Assembly: GCA_000934665.2 (NCBI GenBank)
Contig: JYFJ02003496.1
Location: forward strand, 1-40,885
Origin: Catajapyx aquilonaris
Taxonomy: Eukaryota
DNA length: 40,885 bases
Direction: 5' to 3'
The translations under genes were made by a program, and so were the position numbers. Under the pieces are notes generated by a model. The model did no database searches and was not told the DNA's origin. It saw only the letters and a list, made by a program, of their open reading frames with translations. Shown here piece after piece: positions 32,796 through 40,885 of this stretch; position 1 is the first letter of the stretch, and each line of letters begins with the position of its first letter.

Positions 32796-35700
32796 GTAAG
32801 TAAATCCTACTTCTATTCGTTTGTCTGAGCCTTAGCCAGACATAAGTTTTGAGGTATGTGGTTTGGTGCTCAAGCTTCAAGTCATGTGCACCCACATCAT
32901 CCCTCCTTGTCTTTTTTGACCTGTCCTATTATCCTTTTACAGAAAGAGTCATGCAATAGTATGTGTTGCACAGGATTTTCAGGGTTTCCTGTACATTTAT
33001 TACATTGCATTGGTTGGAAAAGGGCTTCGGTGCAGTTTAGCGCCGCAAAAATCTTGCAGTTTTCTCTATATTTTCTGAATCTACTCGATGAGCTGAGTCG
33101 AACGACACTATTCCTAGTGTGCAGAAATGCTTGGTTCAAGAGTAACTGAATTTTGAAATTGCAAGTAATAACAATGAATAAAATGAAAGTAAACAAGTGT
33201 TCCTTTGTTGAAACTGTTCACTCCCATTGTTGAGTGAGGTGATTCTCCGTGGAAACGTGAGAGATTCCATGGCAACGTGCTGTGAGGGATGCTCAATGAT
33301 GTAAATAAACGGTTGTTCTTGGTTCGTTGGACATAGAACAAGAGTGAAGGAGTTTAATTCAGGATTCAGGAGCGCGTTCATGGCCGAGGCATTGCGTAGG
33401 TGCTTATCTGGAATTGGGCAAGCCTTCCTGGAAGTAAGGAGGGAGGCTGGTATCTCCTGAGCCACTGCTCGAGGCCTCTATCTTGCCCGCCAACAAGTGT
33501 TGCCGTAACATGAATCCTAAGCTTTTTTAATTACTCAAGGCAAGCCCCACTCTGATTGTGTTGGTGTTATCTGTGAGGCGTTGGAGTGACCGCACCAGTA
33601 CTGTCCGTCTTGTGGCCTTGCCAGGCACGGTACGCCGCCCATGCGTGATCATTTTAGTTAACGGGGAGCGAAGGCGGAGCTAGGCGCTTATTGTGAGTTT
33701 TGTATCCGCAACATTTACTGTCCGTCTTGTGGCACCGCAGGCCAACGAACGTTATTGTGGCTTTGCCACACCCACATCACCCAACACCCACATCTACGCC
33801 GCCACAAGGCGGACAGTAATGCTGCGAACACACAACCTTCAAATTACGTTTAAAATTACCATGGATATTCATTCACTCAACAATGGGAGTAAACTGTTAC
33901 AGCCTTTTGTGGCTATGTATCAAAGTATAAGGGTCATTTAGATGAAAACGGGCCACTGTCATATGGCATTTCTGGATGGGTTTCTCGCGACATGTTATGC
34001 ACAAAATGAAGGTCATACCGGTGGACACACGCGGCACAGTTGCAGGGTACTTTTGTTCAGGGCCTCCCATCAAAAAGACTATGTCCACTCCAATACGGAA
34101 GCAATGAATGTTGATCAGCCAGTGGTAATCCGTCTTTGAACAGCGGAAGGTGTCGGAAGTACAGAAATCCATCTCCGTATGTATGAAAACTGTATGTCTT
34201 CCTCATGCGTTAGAGCCTGGAGTAAGTGGCTCCCAGAAGGGCAGTCATTGTTGACTAGTGATTCCAGGCCAGGGCAAGGAAATTGCTTCCTCCAGGTCTA
34301 ACAAGACAAAGATATACAGTTTTCGTGCATGGTACTCGTATGGTGATGGATATTTCTGTGCTCCTGACATCTTCCGCGATTCAAAATTTTTTTCAACGTC
34401 CCCACAGCTTATTGAGCGCAAGTCTTGCTGGGTGTGGGTGTGTGACCTTCTGGTAATTGTCAGAGTGCAGAAATATGAGACTTTTAGATGGGAACTACTG
34501 GAAAATTCTGAATGGCATGGTATATTTTACATATGCTGTATTTAACTTGATACAGTTTTACTATACCAATAACCTCTGCCATTGATTTCTGAGCTGTCAC
34601 AGCAGGTTAAAGGCCAGAGATCACCTGTACATCAACTTATTTTATTTCTGGAATGATTTGCTGTTACAGAATTACAGTTCCAGCAGCGTAAATACATACA
34701 GTTTTACTCTCCATTACAAAGCATAATGCTCATGTGCTCTTTTTTCTTTCTTTCATTTTATTTTTGGTGCACATGTATGTACACATGCTTGTGCAAACAT
34801 AAGGCATAAAACGCACAATATTTAACACCTATTAGCACTGGTGTGCTTATTTATATCTACTTTTCTTAAAATTTCTCTATTTGTTACAGATTTTCTCACA
34901 CACTTACTCTCCCATAGACACGCAGGTGACAAATGAGGCTGTGAAATAAGCAATCTTTCAACAGCTACAAATTAATGTATCATATTTATACGAATAGTTA
35001 TGTCAAACTTGTGTCTTGTTGTAGGGGAGGGGAATGGCACGGCAATAATGCATGCACCCAAACAGAAACATTTTGGAAGTAATATCCAAAGTTTTCTGTC
35101 TTATCCACATAGAGTTGGATGTCTCCTGCTTTATCCCAGGTAGAATATCTGATGGAACCCAGTGAACACACCATATGAAGTGTCACACCTGCAAATCAAC
35201 CACCATCCCTTGCTGTTCCCACCCAGGCATTATGGAAAAGGTCCAAATAATTATGTATCTTACTTGCAATCAAGGTCCGTGCCAGATGCCTCAATGAGGT
35301 GGTGCACTACCCACAATTATTATATTATTATTGTGATTATAATTATCATCATTGACTTTGCCCCTGTCACACACATTCATGCATTCACAACACTTACAAC
35401 AGAATGGTCAACTATAAAACAAATTAAAAGTTTAAGCTGTTTGGACGGCTGGCAATTGATACCAGGTGCAGAATAGTATGCCTACACATAATAATAATAA
35501 TCTCTTGTTACATGTACATGATATAAATGAGATCTGCACACATGTGACGCACACATATAATTAATGATTTGTGACTTGTGAAAATAATTCCAAACCCATG
35601 TTTCCACTGTCAAATATTTTCATCAAACGGGGGGTTGAAACTGCAGCACCATCTTTAATTTGGCAGAAAATAGGACTCCTATTTTCGCTTAGTATCTGAA

Positions 35701-36148
35701 TATAGATTGCTATCATGATGGCTTGAACAGAAGGAGCTCCACCCCCGGCGTGACCTAACCAGCATCACTTGAAGTCCACCTTTTCAGTGGATGGCAAACA
35801 TCCCTCACCAACCTCCCTGTATATATTTAGGCGATCTTACAACAAAAAAACCTGTCAAACCACGCCATACAAAATTTGATGCAATTTGAGGAAAACAATC
35901 GACTGTGTAAACAGGGCTTAAGAGCTGGCTCCATACATGTACCTTCATCTTAAAATTATTTGTAAATTCCCTCTCTATGAGTACTTGCCTTTTGCGAGTG
36001 AGGCAACATGTGACACATGTATAATAGGGAATGTTAAGTACGTAAAAGGGCTAGCTGCTCCCTTCCAAAACGTACGTGCATGTTGGACGGACCAGACGGA
36101 CGGATGACATCTTATTGCTGAGTGATTATTTTGTCTTGTGGGAGTCTG

Positions 36149-36232
36149 TTACTCCTCGCAGTCACGGTAAAAGTGAACATTGTACTCATAGAAGGCAACA
36201 TCAAGTTTGTTGCTCCTCATGGCGCACAGGCT
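36149..36232 (-). CDS. MYRF: MYRF-like terminal exon (MRF_C2 end, stop codon)
   Basis: ttttccag|SLCAMRSNKLDVAFYEYNVHFYRDCEE*, matching the MYRF C-terminal signature Y-x-(F/V)-HFYR-x-C. Not in the ORF track. Confidence 0.85.
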   Translation of the reverse strand, partial: SLCAMRSNKLDVAFYEYNVHFYRDCEE

Positions 36233-36594
36233 CTGGAAAATAGGAATGAAATGATAATTTTGTGCGCTTCAAAAAACATGGATAATACAAGTTCGTGTAT
36301 TGTGTTACTGTTATTGTTACCCTGTATGAATAACTGTAATCAGATTAAAATTTGATATACAGTCTTAAAAATTATACTTACCACAATACATAGCAAACAG
36401 ATTTTACAATGATGAATAGACACTGCCCAGTAAATTTCTTCTGATTAGAATTATTACGATCTGTAGCCCTATGTTAACCAACAGAAAACTGGTCATTGTA
36501 TGAGTATAGATGCTCCAAAGTCTAAAGTCAGCTCCCACCCATTATTTTACCTCAATGCCACCCACTAACCCAATCCAACTTTTGACTGCAGATA

Positions 36595-37211
36595 CACTGT
36601 ACTCCTGATTATCCTGGTGTGCATTATAAGGTACATGTAGAGGTATCCATGTATCCTCCAAAAAAACGAAGGTTAGAAAATAAGTCCAAAAGAATGTCAA
36701 TATGCCTCGAAAACAAAGAAATATAACAGACTTTTTCTAGAAGGCAAACTAAAAATCTATAGTAGGTTTTATTATTTTGATTAAACCTTATTGAAGCAGC
36801 ATACACTATGTACAGTAAGTAGTTAATTAAAAACCTGTGATTAGCTCATTTTCACAGTATATAGGTCTGAGACTGATGGCTGAAGGCTGGCCTGAGAGAC
36901 TGGCATGACTATAGTGTGCCGGAGACAAGCAGGAGGAGACCAACTGGCAATTAGTGATCTGGTGTTAAGGAGAGCTGAACTGGACCAGTGGAACAGGATA
37001 GGAGGAAAATTTGATATTTTATTAAATTTTTGTTATATCGTTTTGTTATATTATTGGAAATAAATGTTTATGGGCTGTAGGGTCTGCAGACCAGGCCAGT
37101 ACGTCAATCCCCCTTGAAGTATCTAGAACCATTTTTGGATTATTATCTGTGTTCTCAAATTTTTCAGGAACACCCGTGCATTCATTAGCATGTATAATTG
37201 GGAGTACAGTG
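36595..37211. mobile_element. P2 pogo-type MITE in the last MYRF intron
   Basis: TA|CACTGTACTCCTGATTAT ... ATAATTGGGAGTACAGTG|TA. Confidence 0.78.
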
Positions 37212-37365
37212 TATACAAATGAGTTATGGGAGTGTGAACTTCACATATAATAAGAACATCCTCTTCAGGCATATGGGACTATTGGAGTATTGTAAGCGTT
37301 GTTACCTAGCATGAAGATAATACTGTATGAAGCTTTTCCCATTGAAGTAAGACAGAAAGACTCAC

Positions 37366-37627
37366 CCCTTGGTGGGCTGGGAAAAGTGGTAGCCTGAACC
37401 TGAACTTCGAGGAGAGGTAGCGAGATGCATCCAATCGGAAGTTGATCTGAGTGCCGTCTGAGAGTGTCCTCAATATTTGCCCTTCTCCATCTCCTACTCC
37501 TCCACCTCCTTCTTCCCCGCTATCCTCAGCAGCCACAGGCCGGCCCCAGGGACACTCTTCCCTTCCTCGATCCTGCCCCTCACTGCAAAGCTCCACTACA
37601 CCATGTCTGGCATCATTACCACTTAAC
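37366..37627 (-). CDS. MYRF: MYRF-like penultimate exon (luminal C-terminal domain)
   Basis: cttacag|G then LSGNDARHGVVELCSEG...FRLDASRYLSSKFRFRLPLFPAHQG|gtgagt; phases fit both neighbouring exons. Confidence 0.8.
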
Positions 37628-37900
37628 CTGTAAGAGAATTAATCATCAAATCTCACATAAATTCAACAATAGTACTGGAGTTGATAACATGTGTTGCAGA
37701 GACCCACACTTGGAAGATAGTGTACATCAACTTACTGAACAGAACCTGTGTCGGTCTGGTATCATGCATCATATATTTATCGGTATGTCACTCAGTCTTC
37801 AACCAGGATTTCGCAGATATTTGGGTAATGGCTTATTTATTAGTCTGTAAATTTATCAATATCCAGAAGGATACCTTTTGTGACCCAAGAAAATTACTAA

Positions 37901-38047
37901 GGGCCGTTTTCTCGAACAATGGTTCAAATATAAACCAGGTTCAAAGCCAGTTTAATCCCTGATTTGATTGTTGTTAGGCTGTTGTCAAGGGTTTAAATCG
38001 GCTTTGAACTGGGTTTACATTTGAACCACTGTTCGAGAAAATGGCCC
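37901..38047. mobile_element. PIF/Harbinger (Tourist-like) palindromic MITE
   Basis: TAA|GGGCCGTTTTCTCGAACA ... TGTTCGAGAAAATGGCCC|TAA. Confidence 0.85.
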
Positions 38048-38382
38048 TAACAACAAGTTTCTGCCAATTATTGAACACCACACAAATCCAAGTAAATCGT
38101 GGGAACATGATCTCAAGCTCATCAGGTGCACACATTACACAAGTTAGCAATGTAACAGAAAAGTCACACAGGATGCTGTTGCTGGGATTCCAGCAGAGTT
38201 TTCGCAGAAGGGTTCCACAACAACAATAATGTTGAACACTGCTGTATATAAAGAATTTTGTTTGTTTGTAGGCTTGTAGCACAAGATTAATACCTACAGT
38301 GCAAACACTGTAGGCCCATTTCCAACTGTGCAATGGCATATGGGCTATAACTTAGTTTAAAAAGTTATTAAATATCCTCATA

Positions 38383-38660
38383 ACCGAAGAAGTGGTGGCG
38401 GAGGGGATATGGTATCCGACTGCTAATCGGGAGGTCCTGGGTTTGAATCCCAGTGCCGGAAACTCTAACCGTGGTTTTCTGTGGTTTCCCACGGTTCCTC
38501 CAGGAGAATTCCGGAGTTGTTTCCTAAACTAATAGGCCACAGCCGCCTCCTTCCTTTCCTATCCTATCCCAAAAAGCGCAGTAAAAAACGAAACGAAGAG
38601 TTCCAGTCAAAAAATATATATATCCCCCCTAAAGAGCCACCGGCTGATAACGGGGTATGA

Positions 38661-38720
<60 letters not shown>
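38383..38720 (+). mobile_element. Full-length tRNA-derived SINE, family S2, with an (ATT)n tail
   Basis: tRNA-like head (TGGCGGAGGGG; GGGTTTGAATCCC); central GGTTTTCTGTGGTTTCCC...CTCCAGG...TAGGCCAC.GCCGC.TCCTTCC; (ATT)n at 38661-38720; 11-bp TSD ATATCCTCATA (38372-38382 and 38721-38731). Confidence 0.85.
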
Positions 38721-38724
<4 letters not shown>

Positions 38725-38958
38725 CCTCATACTGTCCTCATACTGATGAAAGGTTTTCCTCAAAGGAGTCCTTAATTTTTTGCAAAATATGGAAACACAT
38801 TAGTGATATGCAGTATAAGAGTAACTGTAAAAAAAAATATAACTGTCAAAATGTTTAGCACTAACTAAGGTATATCTGTAAACCCCTAACGAGTACATTA
38901 AGTTTTGTCTTGTATTTATGCCACAGTATTACAATTACAAATATCTAAGATGACTCAC

Positions 38959-39520
38959 ATGAACCTGAGGTAGATGGTTTGCTGGGGCATGAACCGGCTG
39001 AGGGGCACTACAAATGTCAGGTTGGGTGCCACTGATCCCCAGCTGGTGCCACTGCCATCAATCCCATGGCACGCATCATATGAGTCAGAATCTGGATGGC
39101 AGAAGTCTGGTGCCACGCTCCGATTAAAAGAGGCCGATGTCACTCTGATTCCAGTAACTCTAACAACAGTATCTGAGTTGGCAGATGAGTCTGATCCAGG
39201 AAACCCAGCACCATTGGTGTCATTGGAGCTGTCATGGCGCCTCCTTCTCTTTCGTCGAACAGCCTCAAGGTTGTTCTTCCCTCCACTGCTAGTCCCAGAC
39301 AGTACAGTCCACCGACGAGGCTGCTGCTGGGAGGCATAGGTGTTGAGATGCACTGACCCTGGAACTACTTCTTCTGAAGATAAGGGTGACAGTGGGGAAG
39401 GAGGAATGCCTAGGGGAGGCAACAGATGCATGCTTCCACCACGTTTTGCCACTCTCTGAATGTCTTCTACAGCATTTGATGGTAGGGTTCCAGGTGACTG
39501 GGGTTCTGATGATTCTGTCC
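38959..39520 (-). CDS. MYRF: MYRF-like internal exon (low-complexity linker and start of C-terminal domain)
   Basis: ctaatag|GG then TESSEP...RRKRRRRH...NLTFVVPLSRFMPQQTIYLRF, AT|gtgagt; open throughout. Confidence 0.8.
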
Positions 39521-39889
39521 CTATTAGAAGAATGATACCAAAGAATTAATATAAACTGGCATTACAGTAATCTAATATTATCTTTCTATGTTTAACATAA
39601 AAGGCTCGAGAATTTTCCTAGAAGTTGTGAAGAATTTATAACACCCATCACAGTCAATACACATTCAGGAACATGCTAAGAAGACTCTGGCTTTAGCATA
39701 TGTTTAAGTTCTAATGAAGTTTACTAAAGTGGATCTATTGCCCATCAAAACAGAGATCTGAAGCTAAGATGCAGCACAGGTGGAAACTGGAATTTATGTG
39801 TAACAATAAAGCAACTTATTTTGGAACATTCATTATGTTAGAAGAATAAGCCTATATTCAATGAACATACATAGTGCTTATATCCTTAC

Positions 39890-40458
39890 CAAATTGCCTT
39901 TTCCCTCTGAAGTCAGACCTTGTGTGCATCACACTACCTCCTCCTCCCCCTACACCCCCACCTGAGTTGGCCCCTGAGTTGGATCCACCTGTGTTCGGTG
40001 TGGGGGCCATCTGCTGTTCTTCATGACTGTCCATCACTTGGGGACCCCTAGGAGGGCAACATTGTGTGTGGCAAGCTCCCACTGATGCATAGAGCAATCC
40101 TGAAGAAGTGCATTCAGAGGGTCGGCCCAGGGCCTGTGGGAAGGGTCGTCTCAGGGGTGGAGGCGACAATGACGAAGTTGATATTGGCTGTGATGCTGTG
40201 TACAGAGAATGGGTTGACTTGTGAGGGTAGGAAGATGAAGGGTAGGATGGCTTAGGTTTAGGTTTCGATGGGGAAGTATATTTAGGATGCCTAGAGGAAG
40301 AAGAGGATGCATGAGGAGAGGATGGAGGTTGTGTGGTGAAGGAAGTCGGGGATGATGGATAGGGAGAGGACGGGAGGTGGGTCCACTGGATGGTGCTGGT
40401 CAAGTTTGGATATATGCGGGTAGGAGATGCACTGCTTGCTGGGCCAGCCAGGCTTTGT
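39890..40458 (-). CDS. MYRF: MYRF-like internal exon (S/P/T-rich region with a C...C..CC cluster); upstream exons lie beyond the right edge
   Basis: cttggcag|A then QSLAGPASSASP...ECTSSG...GACHTQCCPP...GKRQF, G|gtaagg; the phase-1 end fits the next exon. Confidence 0.72.
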
Positions 40459-40627
40459 CTGCCAAGACGAAAATAGTTTTCTCATTAGAATTGGACCTTA
40501 CCATAATTTGCATTGCTGTAAAATATAAATGCAAAATATAAATGGATGCTTCTAGATCTGAAATCCTCCACAACTTTTCACCTTACACACATCCCACCTT
40601 ACAGGCAATGATCATGTAGTAGGTTAA

Positions 40628-40885
40628 CCCTTTGCTGCCTACGGCCATCATATGATGTCCGGAGATTTGCCCTGCCAACTTGGGTCATTTTTCAACGCAA
40701 AAAATTTCAACCTCACCGATTTTCTTGAAATTCGGTGCATTGGTAGCCCACCCCAAGGGATGAAAAACGCACCTATAGTGACCTGATAAAAATGACCTCG
40801 TGACCCAATTTTGAGGGGGGCAGAGGTCAAATCATAAAATTCCGACCTCGCCGATTTTCTTCAAATTCGGTCCATTGGTAGCCCA
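40628..40885. mobile_element. Left end of a piggyBac-like non-autonomous element with internal direct repeats (cut by the window edge)
   Basis: TTAA|CCCTTTG start; ACCTC.CCGATTTTCTT.AAATTCGGT.CATTGGTAGCCCA occurs twice, about 135 bp apart. Confidence 0.6.

Noticed and set aside
32897..33196. ORF containing CNKC...HILLH, like a LINE C-terminal zinc knuckle, or a further SSRP1 exon on the plus strand
   Set aside because: No reverse-transcriptase or HMG-box motifs are recognisable and the knuckle lacks its last Cys; too weak to call.
33599..33818. CRISPR-like repeat array
   Set aside because: Only three copies, one inverted, with irregular spacing, no cas genes, and a clearly eukaryotic context.
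34998..35190. Minus-strand ORF after a ttgcag acceptor, as a possible last MYRF exon
   Set aside because: The exon at 36149-36232 supplies the correct phase and the HFYRxC terminus; this stretch is more likely 3' UTR or downstream sequence.
38385..38460. tRNA-like sequence with a CCGA-CTGCTAA-TCGG anticodon arm (GCT)
   Set aside because: No proper acceptor stem and no long variable arm; it continues into a SINE body with an (ATT)n tail and a TSD, so it is a SINE head rather than a tRNA gene.
38740..38770. CTGATGA as a possible hammerhead ribozyme core
   Set aside because: No stem II leading to a correctly placed GAAA and no flanking helices could be formed.

Overview
This is eukaryotic DNA from an invertebrate, probably an arthropod (inferred from the 55-65 bp introns and insect-like protein sequences). 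It is not prokaryotic, and most ORF-track calls are spurious. Five spliced genes can be assembled by eye. A CECR2/dikar-like chromatin gene (minus strand, exon 438-943, running off the left edge) lies head-to-head with a complete 4-exon lin-7/veli gene (9811-17018, 198 aa). Two tandem MFSD6-like MFS transporter genes follow (20695-22307, about 474 aa; 23454-27845, 605 aa), and the last four coding exons of a MYRF-like gene lie at 40458-36149 on the minus strand. An orphan, frameshifted SSRP1 exon that keeps its splice sites sits at 32122-32795. Introns and intergenic DNA are dense with non-autonomous transposons: pogo/Tc1-mariner, hAT, PIF/Harbinger and piggyBac-type MITEs, Helitrons, at least four tRNA-derived SINE families and many foldback palindromes, several of them nested. 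I found no unambiguous new biological system. The best candidates for follow-up are (1) a mariner derivative made of two inverted 5' ends with an intact DNA-binding-domain ORF inside a lin-7 intron, (2) the SSRP1 pseudo-exon with the adjacent cluster of long hairpins at 30.2-34.4 kb, (3) the non-overlapping intron sets of the two MFSD6-like paralogues, and (4) two SINE families that share one 3' tail. All homology calls come from motif recognition, not database searches.
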